Assembly: GCA_031370005.1 (NCBI GenBank)
Contig: JANMPT010000028.1
Location: 32,001 to 96,000 of the forward strand
Direction of reading: 5' to 3'
DNA: 64,000 bases
From: Bdellovibrionales bacterium
Lineage (GTDB): Bacteria > Bdellovibrionota > Bdellovibrionia > Bdellovibrionales > Bdellovibrionaceae
Below are positions 49,705 to 60,175 of the stretch, in pieces (positions within the stretch are counted from its first letter, which is position 1; the number at the start of each line of letters is the position of its first letter). Below the pieces are notes generated by a model, which saw only the letters and a list, made by a program, of their open reading frames with translations, ran no database searches and was not told the DNA's origin. The position numbers were made by a program, and so were the translations under genes.

Positions 49705-50181
49705 ATTACCAGCGCCATCAGTTTGCAAAAACTGACTTGCTGAACCCGCAGTCGGCGGAAGAGTCAAAGTGGTATTTGTCGCGGTGTTTGGATAGCGGAT
49801 AGAGGCCACGCCTGCGCCCGCACCACCAATGTCCTCACCTTTTGTTACGGCCACTGAGCCCGCTGTTAGTTGCAAAATTTTGCTGGCCGCTGCGGCTTGA
49901 GTTTTATCCACAGTTACTACACCACCAGAAGTCATTGTGGCATCGCCTGATAAGGCAAACTCTTGGGCCTTGCTGCCAACGTCTCCGATCCAGATTTTTG
50001 TTGGCGCGAGTGTGGCCGTATTTGTGACCGCACTCAATTTAGTATTGAAGCTATCGTAGTCTGTCTTACTAATAAGACCCGCAGTGACCGCCGCTGTGGA
50101 AGCCATCGGAATATCCAAAGTGTGAGTGCTGGGTGCGGAAGTGAAAGCGGGAGCCGTGCCACTTGTGCCAATTGCAAATGT
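49688..50181 (-). pseudogene. Orphan fibre-gene fragment A (494 bp)
   Basis: Gapless match to 43703-44196 with about 43 mismatches by hand count (~91%), mostly synonymous; frame open. Confidence 0.93.
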
Positions 50182-50476
50182 ATCCTCCCTAATCTCCGCT
50201 TCGAATAAGCTTGGCGTCATAAATGGTAAATTTATTTCATTCTAATTATTTTTTTCTTGCGGGTGAAACTCCGCACTCGCAAATGCCTGTGGTAGAAAAG
50301 TTTTTGAATCCCTAGGCTCCCTGGTGCTTTTCTGAAATATCTTTAACAGTGAGACGTGTAGTTCGTTTTACATTTGATCAGCTGCAGGTTTTGACCGCCC
50401 TCTTCGCTGCGCAGAGCTGCAAAAATGAGAGATAAAAACCCATGTTATAGTGCCTTCAAATTTTAGGAGGCACGGC

Positions 50477-51412
50477 ATGAATTTGCAAAACATATCTGAT
50501 CAGGATTTAGTTCTTAGGCTTGAAAAACTGACTCGAACGGAACGTAAAATAACTCATGTAATTCTGCTTCACATCAATGAAGTCGACTCGCGACAGCTTT
50601 ATGCCGGGCTTGGTTTTGAAAGTCTTTATGCTTACCTGACAAAAGGACTTTTCTATAGTGAATCCGCAGCTTACCGCAGGTTGCAGGCCGCCCGGTTACT
50701 AAAAACTATGCCGGAAGTGGCCGAAAAAATAGAATCCGGGGCTTTGAACTTATCCCAGCTCACCCAAGTACAGAAATGTCTCAAAGAAGAAAATAAAAAA
50801 GGCCTGAAAGTTGGAACTGAAAAAGTGCAGGAGATCTTAAACACACTTCAACATAAGTCTATCCTTGAAAGTGAGAAGATTTTAGCCTTTGAGTTTAAGC
50901 AGCCAGTGAAAGGCTGGGAAAGTGTCAAGCCTCAACAAGACGAGTCTGTCCGGCTTGAGCTTACATTTAGCAAAGTGCAATTTGAAATTTTACAACAAGC
51001 CCAGAGTTTGCTTTCGCATCTTTGCCCTGCAGGAAGTTGGAATGAAGTGCTAACCACTTTGGCTCAGAAATTTAACCAGTCCAAACTTGGCAAAGAACCC
51101 AAGCAAGATAACGTTTCGCAAAACAACACCGACGCGACCAAAGCGGAAATGACAAGCCAGTCCTCAGCACAAACCTATCGTCCTTATCTCTCTGTTAGAA
51201 CCAAACGAAGGCTGCTCGCAAAAGCGCATCATCAATGCGAGTTCGTGAACCCGCTGACTGGAAGAAAATGTAGCTCTCGGCATCAGTTGCAAATTGATCA
51301 TCGCCAGCCATTAGCTCTTGGTGGAAGCCATAATGAGTTTAATCTGAGGGTTTTGTGTCGTACTCATAATATCTATGAAGCGCGGAAGTCGGGCTTGCGG
51401 TGCTCCCGCTGA
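50477..51412 (+). CDS. HNH endonuclease with DUF222-like N-terminal domain
   Basis: YSESAAYRRLQAAR, C-terminal CEF...C...LQIDHRQPLALGG...NLRVLCRTHN; AGGAGG RBS. Confidence 0.88.
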   Translation: MNLQNISDQDLVLRLEKLTRTERKITHVILLHINEVDSRQLYAGLGFESLYAYLTKGLFYSESAAYRRLQAARLLKTMPEVAEKIESGALNLSQLTQVQKCLKEENKKGLKVGTEKVQEILNTLQHKSILESEKILAFEFKQPVKGWESVKPQQDESVRLELTFSKVQFEILQQAQSLLSHLCPAGSWNEVLTTLAQKFNQSKLGKEPKQDNVSQNNTDATKAEMTSQSSAQTYRPYLSVRTKRRLLAKAHHQCEFVNPLTGRKCSSRHQLQIDHRQPLALGGSHNEFNLRVLCRTHNIYEARKSGLRCSR

Positions 51413-51587
51413 GAGTGTTTCAAAGCTACGCGCCAAGAGCCAAATGAAGCAACAACGGCTTGATTATTGCCAATACCACCCATGGACGGAGCAGAAACGA
51501 ATAGGCTCCTTACGACCCCTATTTGGTATCGCTATTTGGCGTTTCTGTCTAAGTCGTCGACAACATGAACGTGGAATATGAATATGG

Positions 51588-52646
51588 ATGTGCCTTGTGA
51601 TTAAAACACTTTTAACTCTTCAGCTGGGCGTAGCTCTGGTCTTAGCGACCTCTCCCGCCATTGCCGCCAGCCAAGAAAACGTCACCATTTCTGCAGTGGG
51701 TGATATTATGATGGGCACCAACTATCCCACCAATACACTTCCCGCAGATGGTGGCAAAAATCTTTTCAAGTACAGCAAAGAATATATAAAACAAGCTGAC
51801 ATACGCTTCGGCAATCTCGAGGGCACTCTCTTTGATGGAGAAAAGGGCGCAGACGGCAAAGCCGAAGGAGCCAATCGTTATCTTTTCCGCACCCCTACTG
51901 CATATGGAGCTTTGCTTGCAGATGCCGGTTTTAATGTCCTGAGTCTTGCAAATAATCATGCTCTGGATTTTGGCGCTGCAGGAATCAAGTCCACCCGTGA
52001 AATTCTTAAAACGAATGGAATTCAATTTTCGAGCAAGAGCGGCAAAGAAGTCGTTCAGTTTGATATTCGTGGAATCAAGGTGGCTTTGATTGCCTGTGAT
52101 TTTTATTCCGGCCATCGCAGCCTCAGCACCCCTGAAAGCACCTACAAGGAAATTCAAAAACTCAAGGAAAGTTTTGATATCGTCATTGTGTCAGTCCACG
52201 CTGGTGGCGAGGGCAAGGGTGCCGAGCGCGTGACAGATACAAATGAGGTCTTCTTAGGCGAAAACCGTGGAAACTCGGTTCTCTTTGCGCATACGGCTAT
52301 TGATATGGGCGCCAGCGTGATTCTTATGCACGGACCACACGTCGCTCGCGGGCTAGAAATCTATAAAAATAAACTAATCGCCTATAGCCTGGGAAATTTC
52401 ACCACTGGGCGCGGAGTCAACATTCAAGGTTATGCTGGCGCGGCCCCCCTTTTGCGTTTACAAATTGATCGAGATGGCAACTTCATCCAAGGACACTTGG
52501 CCTCTTTCCATCAGGTCCGTGACCTCGGCGCAGTTTATGACAAATCCGCATACGCTTTAAGATTTATAAATAAGCTTTCTGAACTTGATTTTCCCTACAC
52601 AATGCCACAATTTAATTTAGAAACTGGTGGAATTTACCCTCGATAA
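51588..52646 (+). CDS. CapA-family metallophosphoesterase, secreted
   Basis: VGDIM, NLEG, LANNHALD, HAG, HGPHV, YSLGNF. Confidence 0.9.
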   Translation: MCLVIKTLLTLQLGVALVLATSPAIAASQENVTISAVGDIMMGTNYPTNTLPADGGKNLFKYSKEYIKQADIRFGNLEGTLFDGEKGADGKAEGANRYLFRTPTAYGALLADAGFNVLSLANNHALDFGAAGIKSTREILKTNGIQFSSKSGKEVVQFDIRGIKVALIACDFYSGHRSLSTPESTYKEIQKLKESFDIVIVSVHAGGEGKGAERVTDTNEVFLGENRGNSVLFAHTAIDMGASVILMHGPHVARGLEIYKNKLIAYSLGNFTTGRGVNIQGYAGAAPLLRLQIDRDGNFIQGHLASFHQVRDLGAVYDKSAYALRFINKLSELDFPYTMPQFNLETGGIYPR

Positions 52647-52661
52647 AAATAGGTATAAAAG

Positions 52662-53054
52662 ATGACGAATTGTCCCTGCGGCTCTGAAAAGCAATATGAC
52701 TTCTGTTGCGGTCTTTATCATATAGAAAAAGAAAGCGCCCCAACTGCTGAAAAACTCATGAGATCGCGCTACTGCGCCTTCGTTAAAAAAGAGTATGCTT
52801 ATTTGGAAAAGACGCTGGATCCACAGACTGCCATGGATTTTGATCATGAGGGAAATCGCGAATGGGCCGAAAAAGTAAAGCTTGTAAGGCTGGAGATCCT
52901 GCGTGCTGAAGAACATGGAAACAAGGCTGTAGTTGAATTCAAAGCCTACTTCAAAGAGAACAATACCGAGCTTGTTCACCACGAAGTAAGCAAATTCCGC
53001 AAACAAGCAGGTATATGGTATTTTCGCGAGGGAAAGGTCTTTCCGCGTTCCTAA
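52662..53054 (+). CDS. ychJ: YchJ family (SEC-C) protein
   Basis: CPCGS, TAEKLMRSRY, HHEVSKF. Confidence 0.9.
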   Translation: MTNCPCGSEKQYDFCCGLYHIEKESAPTAEKLMRSRYCAFVKKEYAYLEKTLDPQTAMDFDHEGNREWAEKVKLVRLEILRAEEHGNKAVVEFKAYFKENNTELVHHEVSKFRKQAGIWYFREGKVFPRS

Positions 53055-53073
53055 CCTTGTCCCTCGTTAAAGT

Positions 53074-54180
53074 TTACATTTTATATGCTTTGTACTCCAT
53101 GCCTAAGTCGCGTGCAACTGGCTCGTAGACAACATGACCTTTGTAAACGTTCAAACCTTTCAAAAGATTTTTATCTTTTGCAACAGCATCTTCAACACCC
53201 ATAGCAGCAAGCATCGAAGCATATTTCAAAGTGACATTCGTCAAAGCATAAGTCGAAGTACGTGGCACAACTCCTGGCATATTGGGCACACAGTAATGAA
53301 TCACACCGTCAATCTCGTAAGTCGGCTGTTGATGTGAAGTTGGGCGGCAAGTCTCGATGCAACCACCTTGGTCTACAGCAACGTCGACCACAACAGATCC
53401 CTTGGCCATAGATGAAATCATGTCTTTAGAAACCAAAGTTGGAGCCTTTTGACCCGTGATGAGAACGCCACCAATAACAAGGTCAGAATCTTTTACTGAT
53501 TCCTCGATGTTTTTTGTATTTGAGAACAAAGTCATGCAACGACCCTGAAAAATATCATCAAGATATTCCAAACGAGCCGTATTCACATCAAGGATTGTTA
53601 CTGTTGCGCCAAGACCTATTGCCATTTTCGCAGCATTCGTTCCAACAACACCACCACCAATAATAGTCACCTTACCTGGTCTAACACCGGTCACGCCTCC
53701 AAGTAGGATCCCTTTACCTCCATGATCTTTTTGAAGGTAGAAAGCACCAATTTGAGTAGCCATACGACCTGCAACCTCAGACATAGGAGTCAAAAGTGGC
53801 AAAGTCCCATTGTTCAATTGGATTGTTTCGTAAGCAATGGCTTTTACTTTTCTCTCACACAAAACCTTTGTCAGTTTTGGCTCAGCGGCCAAATGTAGAT
53901 ACGTATAGATGATCTGATCCTCTTTCATAAGCTCATACTCATCCGGAAGCGGCTCCTTTACCTTCATGATCATATCGGCTTTGGCATACACTTCTTTTTT
54001 AGTGTCGATGACTTTCGCGCCAGCTTTTTCATATTGATCATTTGTAATACCGCTACCGAGACCAGCATCTTTTTCAACGATGATTGAATGACCTTCTTTT
54101 ACAAGCTGGCGAACGCCGGCTTCAGTCATACCCACACGGTTTTCAGAAATCTTAATTTCCTTAGGAACCCCTATAAGCAT
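53074..54180 (-). CDS. ald: Alanine dehydrogenase
   Basis: [28 protein letters not shown]. Confidence 0.96.
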   Translation of the reverse strand: MLIGVPKEIKISENRVGMTEAGVRQLVKEGHSIIVEKDAGLGSGITNDQYEKAGAKVIDTKKEVYAKADMIMKVKEPLPDEYELMKEDQIIYTYLHLAAEPKLTKVLCERKVKAIAYETIQLNNGTLPLLTPMSEVAGRMATQIGAFYLQKDHGGKGILLGGVTGVRPGKVTIIGGGVVGTNAAKMAIGLGATVTILDVNTARLEYLDDIFQGRCMTLFSNTKNIEESVKDSDLVIGGVLITGQKAPTLVSKDMISSMAKGSVVVDVAVDQGGCIETCRPTSHQQPTYEIDGVIHYCVPNMPGVVPRTSTYALTNVTLKYASMLAAMGVEDAVAKDKNLLKGLNVYKGHVVYEPVARDLGMEYKAYKM

Positions 54181-54396
54181 AAATATCTCCTATTATTCTA
54201 CTCTTTGTAATGCCCTTGAAATATGCCAGATCGCCTTGGAATTGCAAGGCTCGTTCTTAGAGCATTAAACGCTGTCAGTTGCTCTTTGCGTCAAGTGTTC
54301 TCATTATGAAACGCCCGAGCCCGTTCTTTTTCATTTTTCTTTGAATAGCCTCTTCCTAAAGGTATTCTTAGTTATGCAACTCGGGGGGAGTTTATT

Positions 54397-55320
54397 ATGC
54401 AGAAGCTCATTTTGCGCACTGTCGCTATTGTCGCTTCCATCGCAAGTACTGTCGTTCTTTTTCAGAATTGCGGGAAAAGTTTTACTCTGGCCGATACCGC
54501 CGTCACTGTCGACAGCAGCAGTCTAAGCACTGTAGACAACCACCAGACCCCGCACATCGTTCCTGTCTCCATGAAAATAGAAGCCAATACTGATATTGAA
54601 TTCTCAGTCTCTGCGGATTCTTTACTCCCATCAATAAGTTATCAATGGTCTCATACCCTTAATAACGTTCCGGCGGCATGCACATTAAAAAATAGCAATC
54701 AAGCCACTAGCTACATTATCAATTGCAGTCAGGCAGGGACTTTGAATGTCTCCGTAACTGTGATGGAAGGCAATACTCCTTTAACTTTGCCAGTCTATAC
54801 GGCCCTCCTCGCCGGAACTCCAGCAAGTACGGGGGAAATCAATCTGCAAGTGATCTTTAATATTCCCGCAGGCACGGGGTCCGCACCTTGGAATACCACC
54901 AGCACAGTGGTTGAAACCTTCATTGGTCAAACTTTGAAATTCGTCAACATGGATAGCATTCCCCACCAAATACATACCAATGGAGCCCCTTGCCCCCATG
55001 GCTCAGCCATGGCCTCAGGAGCTTCCACGAACTGTGTGATTGCAAAGGCCTATGATTATAAAACTAATGGAATTCTCTACGACCACCAGCTGGGAACCAA
55101 GTCCGCTTTTTATATGGTGGCCTATGATGGCTCGGCTCTTTACACCAAAAACTGCGCAGGCTGTCACAATGCCTTAAGTATGTCCTCAAAAGCAGGAGCA
55201 AAAGTTTCTACGATTAAGCGTGCCTTAATGACAGTACAGGACATGAAATCAAACGCGAATTTGATGTCACTTACTCAAAGACAAATTGAAGCGATTTCAT
55301 TTGCCCTTGGCGCTAAATAA
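54397..55320 (+). CDS. Lipoprotein with cupredoxin-like domain and C-terminal cytochrome c
   Basis: LFQNC lipobox-like motif, NMDSIPHQIH..CPH..YDH, and a CAGCH haem motif. Confidence 0.7.
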   Translation: MQKLILRTVAIVASIASTVVLFQNCGKSFTLADTAVTVDSSSLSTVDNHQTPHIVPVSMKIEANTDIEFSVSADSLLPSISYQWSHTLNNVPAACTLKNSNQATSYIINCSQAGTLNVSVTVMEGNTPLTLPVYTALLAGTPASTGEINLQVIFNIPAGTGSAPWNTTSTVVETFIGQTLKFVNMDSIPHQIHTNGAPCPHGSAMASGASTNCVIAKAYDYKTNGILYDHQLGTKSAFYMVAYDGSALYTKNCAGCHNALSMSSKAGAKVSTIKRALMTVQDMKSNANLMSLTQRQIEAISFALGAK

Positions 55321-55325
55321 AAATT

Positions 55326-56234
55326 TTAACTAGGGACTTCCCATCCGGAAAAACGCCGAACCTCTTCGCTGATATCTGCACCGAGCTCCACATGACGGAA
55401 GCTCTGCGGAGAATCCATGATCTTGCGAACGAGCTTATTCATAATATCGTGCCCTGCTTTGTAAAGTACCACGTGGCCCATCAGCGGCATCTCGAGAGTC
55501 ACCAGGTCCCCTAAGGCATCAAGCGTCTTGTGACGGACAAATTCATCGGCGAAGCGCAGGCCCTCCGGATTGATCACAGTCTCATGATCCAAGACTATGG
55601 CGTTTTCAAGACTGCCGCCCTTTGCAAGGCCACGGGCTTTCAAGGCCTCTACGTCACGAAGAAAACCAAAGGTACGGGCATTGGCGATGTCACGACCAAA
55701 AGACTCCTCATTCACATCAATATCCATCTTCTGTAATCCAATGGCCGGGTGAGGAAAATCAATCGTCACACTTAGTCGAAGACCATGATAGGGAACCACA
55801 TAAGCGTGTTTCTCTCCTTCAGAGAAATAGATCGGTTCAGTGATATAGCAATACTTGCGAGGCTGGTCCTGCTCCACCATACCCACCTCTAGCAATGCAT
55901 TTAAAAACTCTTTCGCACTGCCGTCTCCGATGGGGATTTCAGGGCCGTCGAGCTCAATAAAAAGATTGTCAATGCGAAGTGCTGAAAGAGCCGATAAACA
56001 ATGCTCAACGGTAGCTACGCTAAAAGCTGCCCCACCCACGGTGGTGGCAAGTGACGTCGCCTGCACATTCTTCGCAGAAACCTTCAGGGAAGGCGACCCC
56101 GGAAGATCAGCCCTGATAAAATAAACCCCCGTGTTCGCCGGAGCTGGACGGAATGTTAAGACGCAAGGGTCTCCGGAGTGAATGCCAATACCATTTACGA
56201 CTGTCTTTTTCCGAATTGTTTTTTGTAAGAACAT
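55326..56234 (-). CDS. lpxC: UDP-3-O-acyl-GlcNAc deacetylase
   Basis: GIGIHSG, TVEHCLSA, ARTFGF, HKTLDALGD. Confidence 0.96.
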   Translation of the reverse strand: MFLQKTIRKKTVVNGIGIHSGDPCVLTFRPAPANTGVYFIRADLPGSPSLKVSAKNVQATSLATTVGGAAFSVATVEHCLSALSALRIDNLFIELDGPEIPIGDGSAKEFLNALLEVGMVEQDQPRKYCYITEPIYFSEGEKHAYVVPYHGLRLSVTIDFPHPAIGLQKMDIDVNEESFGRDIANARTFGFLRDVEALKARGLAKGGSLENAIVLDHETVINPEGLRFADEFVRHKTLDALGDLVTLEMPLMGHVVLYKAGHDIMNKLVRKIMDSPQSFRHVELGADISEEVRRFSGWEVPS

Positions 56235-56335
56235 GCGGCCACTCTACCCTAAAACTCCGGCCCCTGTCAAAAAATTCTGTTGGATTAATTATATGATATG
56301 TGGTATTATTATAGTACCAGCATGAGGTTGTTTAT

Positions 56336-56887
56336 ATGGAATCGCCTGATAGGTTAATTCGAGCCCTTAATGAACTAGATGATCTCTTGTCGAGCCTGTC
56401 TCTACAGCTTAAGATTGTCATCTGCGGTGCCTATGCAATTCAGCTTCACGGCTTTACCCGAAATCTCTATACGCAAGATATAGACTCCCTCACGCGCCTT
56501 GACTCTCCTATGATTCTTGAAGCCATTCAACAAATAGGCAAAAAATTAGGTCTTGGTTCTCGCTGGCTCAACGATCAAGCATCAACTGTCAGCATCCCTG
56601 ATGGCACCCTTGAAAGAGCAAAACCACTCGACCGCTGGAAAGCGATCCAAGCTTCACTGATTGACCGAAGCGACCTGGTCAAAATGAAAGTCTCTGCTTT
56701 TTCCATAAGACGCGAAGAAACAACCAAAGATTGGGAAGACTTAGAGCTTCTAAAACCCACGAAACAAGAGTTGGATGCTGCAATTGATTTTCTAAGGCTC
56801 ACCAATTCACCACCACCAAATGCAAGTCGGAAATTGAAATACGAGTTTGAGGAGACTATTAATGATCTCAAAAAACTTCTCAAGTAG
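56336..56887 (+). CDS. DUF6036-like nucleotidyltransferase
   Basis: ICGAYA, TQDID, WLND, MK..A..R..KDWED. Confidence 0.75.
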   Translation: MESPDRLIRALNELDDLLSSLSLQLKIVICGAYAIQLHGFTRNLYTQDIDSLTRLDSPMILEAIQQIGKKLGLGSRWLNDQASTVSIPDGTLERAKPLDRWKAIQASLIDRSDLVKMKVSAFSIRREETTKDWEDLELLKPTKQELDAAIDFLRLTNSPPPNASRKLKYEFEETINDLKKLLK

Positions 56888-56888
56888 G

Positions 56889-57521
56889 ATGTCAGAAAAA
56901 GAGTTTCTGAGCGAAGCCAAGTATCTTGGCATCGCAATTGAATCCGACCGGATCGAATCAATTCATCACTATGTGGATTTGGAGTCATTTTTTCTCGCTG
57001 GAACTTACAGCCTTCACTCCTCCAGAATTACAGAAGGCTTTTTATGCTGGGTTCTCCGCTATGGTCACCTTTTAAGCCCCTCTAAGACGCGAAGACTTAT
57101 CCAATCTGGAGCTCCATGCGACACAGGTGTCCTTGGTGGCCTTATTTCCCTTATTGTTGAACACAGAATCAATTCTAAGCAGTGGGAGATTGTTAAGCCC
57201 TATACCCGGAAGGCTCCCAAAAAGCGGGCGCTGCTTAAAGGGCCACAGCCAAAAACGCCAAATCCACACTTCTTGAAATACAATATTATCACGAACAACT
57301 TCAAGATGGATCAGGAAAAATTCTTAGCCCCTATTTCATCAACTTATAGAAGCTCTATTGAGCTTAAGAATCGTGCGTTATTTGGATCTGTTGTCAACGC
57401 GGATGTCGCTAGTTATTTAAGTTGGAATCCTTCTGCGACTCCCTACCAAGTTTCAAAAGGTACTGGAAATCACAAGGCACGTGTCTTTGATGTTCATAAG
57501 GATATAAAAATCGCCCTTTAA
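56889..57521 (+). CDS. Hypothetical partner protein with C-terminal HTH-like segment
   Basis: ATG 1 nt after the NTase stop; ATPYQVSKGTG HTH-like motif. Confidence 0.6.
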   Translation: MSEKEFLSEAKYLGIAIESDRIESIHHYVDLESFFLAGTYSLHSSRITEGFLCWVLRYGHLLSPSKTRRLIQSGAPCDTGVLGGLISLIVEHRINSKQWEIVKPYTRKAPKKRALLKGPQPKTPNPHFLKYNIITNNFKMDQEKFLAPISSTYRSSIELKNRALFGSVVNADVASYLSWNPSATPYQVSKGTGNHKARVFDVHKDIKIAL

Positions 57522-57523
57522 CA

Positions 57524-58528
57524 TCACTCCGGCATTCGCACGCGAATATGGCCTACATCTAAATCTTTCCAGTTTTTTACTTTGGGCTCGATATATTTTT
57601 TAAGGCTGATGAGATTTTCCTCGTCAAAAATTCCTAATTTCTGCAATAAAAACACTGTTGCGGCTTGAGCGGCACGGGAGGCTCCATCTTCGGCCTTCAG
57701 AGCGAAAGCCAAACCCTTATCCGGAATGACTCCACAAAAAACGCCCTCAGCCCCGTTTTTAATAATACAACGACCCTGGGTTTTTTGAATAATATCTGAG
57801 GTAAAATCATCGCTCCCAGATAGGTAAAAAGCCTCACTCCGAACCGCCTGAAGGATTCGCTTTGCTGCTATTTTTCGAAGCTCATTTTCTTTCGAGTTGA
57901 TCAAGGCCCGCATTCCAACAGCCAGGTTTTGAAGAGGCACAGCGTAGGTCGGAATTCCACAACCGTCTATGCCATAACTTGCTTTTTCATGATCAAAACC
58001 CATAACTTCTGAAAGCGCTTTACGTATTCGCACTTGTGCCGGATGAGTATACTCTGCATAGCCCGCAGGATTTTCTTTAAAATGCAAACATGTCGCTATA
58101 ATTCCGCAGTGCTTACCAGAACAATTATTCATAATAGACGTAGGCAAAATTCCTTGCCGAATCAGCTCATGAGCAGAACCTTCATGGGCTGGGAGGTGGC
58201 CGCCGCAGAACAACTGGTCTTCGCTAATTCCTGTTTTTTTCATGATTTCAGTTATGCCAAGAATATGTTTTTTTTCACCACGATGAGAAGAGCAGGCCAA
58301 GCAAATATGTTTATCTTCAAAACCAAAGGCATCGGCAGCGCCAGACTCCATCAACGGCAACGCCTGCAACATCTTAATGGCCGAGCGAGGAAAGGTCAGA
58401 TGGTCAATATCACCCCAATAAAACACCGGCACAGCATTTTCATCCACAACCACCGCTATGACTTGATGCTGGCTTTCCACCCCAGAGCCGCGCGAAACTT
58501 CCACAGAAAGTGGACTTCTTACTTTCAT
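57524..58528 (-). CDS. L-asparaginase II (Rhizobium-type) family
   Basis: RSAIK, SSH, NNCSGKH, DGCG, K.GAEG. Confidence 0.9.
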   Translation of the reverse strand: MKVRSPLSVEVSRGSGVESQHQVIAVVVDENAVPVFYWGDIDHLTFPRSAIKMLQALPLMESGAADAFGFEDKHICLACSSHRGEKKHILGITEIMKKTGISEDQLFCGGHLPAHEGSAHELIRQGILPTSIMNNCSGKHCGIIATCLHFKENPAGYAEYTHPAQVRIRKALSEVMGFDHEKASYGIDGCGIPTYAVPLQNLAVGMRALINSKENELRKIAAKRILQAVRSEAFYLSGSDDFTSDIIQKTQGRCIIKNGAEGVFCGVIPDKGLAFALKAEDGASRAAQAATVFLLQKLGIFDEENLISLKKYIEPKVKNWKDLDVGHIRVRMPE

Positions 58529-58548
58529 AACAACATCCTAGTACTGAT

Positions 58549-59586
58549 TTAATTAGTCAATGGCGAGTCAAACACTTGGCTTTTAGCAAATTCCGTAATT
58601 ACACGTCCTCGCTGAGTCTTTTGTATAAAACCTTCTTGCAAAAGAAAGGGCTCATAAACTTCTTCAATGGTATCACGCTCTTCACTGAGTGCTGCAGCAA
58701 TTGTATCTACGCCGACGGGGCCGCCTGCGTATTTTTCATGAATAAGCTGAAGGATTCTGCGATCCATTAGATCCAGCCCAAAACGATCAACACCCAATTT
58801 ATTCAGTGCAGAGTTGGCTAGATCCTGTGTAATTATCCCATTGCCTTGCACTTGAGCGAAGTCGCGCACACGTTTTAATAATCGAATAGCCACTCGTGGG
58901 GTTCCGCGCGATCGGCGTGAGATTTCCGCAGCTCCATTGGCCTCAAGTGCGATATTAAGAAGTTTGGCATCGCGCTCAAGAATTTGCTGCAAAGACTCTT
59001 TGTCGTAAAAATGCAATCTTTCGACAATCCCGAAACGATCACGAAAAGGAGCATTCAATAAGCCTGCCCGCGTGGTGGCTCCAATCAAAGTAAAGGGAGC
59101 TAACTGAAATTTCATCGAGCGAGCCCCAAGGCCATCGCCGGTGACAATATCGATATAGAAATCCTCCATCGCCGTGTAAAGATACTCTTCCACATGACGA
59201 CTGAGTCGATGAATCTCATCAATAAATAAAACTGACTGAGGTTTCAAACTGGTCAGGATCGCAGCAATATCGCCTTTTTTATCAATAGCAGGTGCCGACG
59301 TAGTTTTGAAATCCACGCCCATATCATTGGCAATAATTTTTGCCAGGGTGGTTTTTCCAAGCCCCGGAGGACCGCTCAATAAGGTATGGTCCAAGGCTTC
59401 GTTACGCCCCTTGGCTGCGCTTACAAAAATTTTTAACTTGTCTTTGACCTCATGCTGACCAGGAAAATCCTCAAAGTTTTGGGGCCTTAAGACATTTTCC
59501 CAGGATTTTTCACCCTCAGCTGGATCACCCTCTAAAATACGTCCCAAGTTCACTCCATTTAAAACGGGTTTAAAACGGCTGTGCAA
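58549..59586 (-). CDS. ruvB: Holliday junction helicase RuvB
   Basis: GPPGLGKTT, FIDEIHR, GATTRAG, RGTPR. Confidence 0.97.
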   Translation of the reverse strand: MHSRFKPVLNGVNLGRILEGDPAEGEKSWENVLRPQNFEDFPGQHEVKDKLKIFVSAAKGRNEALDHTLLSGPPGLGKTTLAKIIANDMGVDFKTTSAPAIDKKGDIAAILTSLKPQSVLFIDEIHRLSRHVEEYLYTAMEDFYIDIVTGDGLGARSMKFQLAPFTLIGATTRAGLLNAPFRDRFGIVERLHFYDKESLQQILERDAKLLNIALEANGAAEISRRSRGTPRVAIRLLKRVRDFAQVQGNGIITQDLANSALNKLGVDRFGLDLMDRRILQLIHEKYAGGPVGVDTIAAALSEERDTIEEVYEPFLLQEGFIQKTQRGRVITEFAKSQVFDSPLTN

Positions 59587-60154
59587 GTGCGGCCAAGCCT
59601 TGACGAACGCCCTCTTCTAAATTGGCATCTTTTGGCAAGGTCGATACAAAATGCTCCACAGCTTGCGGCTTAAAACCCAAGTTCAACAAAGCTGAGGTAA
59701 TGTCTGGCAAAAGACCGGGAGCTTTCTGTTTTGGATCATTTTTTTCAATTACAACTAATTTCCCTTTAAGGGTCAGAATAATTTGCTCAGCGGTTTTCTT
59801 TCCCACTTTCGGTAAACCAGACAAAGCCTTGGCATTGCTGCTTTCAATCATCTCATGAATTTGCTCAACTCGGCCCCCAGATAAAATACTCAGAGCCATC
59901 TTTGGCCCCACACCATTTACTTTCAAAAGAGATAGAAACAAATTCTTCTCTGGCCTTGAGTGAAAACCAAAAAGCTGAAAAGCATCCTCTCTTACGTGGG
60001 TATGAATCCACACGATGATTTCTTTGTTCATGAAATTCTGTAGATCCGACAGCGTATTGCCAGACGCTAAAATCTCATAGCCCACGCCATTAACATCAAC
60101 CAAGGCAGTATCTACTGTAACTTCTACTAAAATTCCTTTAAGGTAACCGATCAT
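59570..60154 (-). CDS. ruvA: Holliday junction protein RuvA
   Basis: DVNGVGYE, HVRED, GVGPK, VGKKTAE. Confidence 0.96.
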   Translation of the reverse strand: MIGYLKGILVEVTVDTALVDVNGVGYEILASGNTLSDLQNFMNKEIIVWIHTHVREDAFQLFGFHSRPEKNLFLSLLKVNGVGPKMALSILSGGRVEQIHEMIESSNAKALSGLPKVGKKTAEQIILTLKGKLVVIEKNDPKQKAPGLLPDITSALLNLGFKPQAVEHFVSTLPKDANLEEGVRQGLAALAQPF

Positions 60155-60175
60155 AAAATCCCCAATAATAAATTT

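Noticed and set aside
56254..57533. actccggc 8-bp repeat as a target duplication of the NTase pair
   Set aside because: Excision would remove the lpxC -35 box and the asparaginase stop codon, so it is probably chance.
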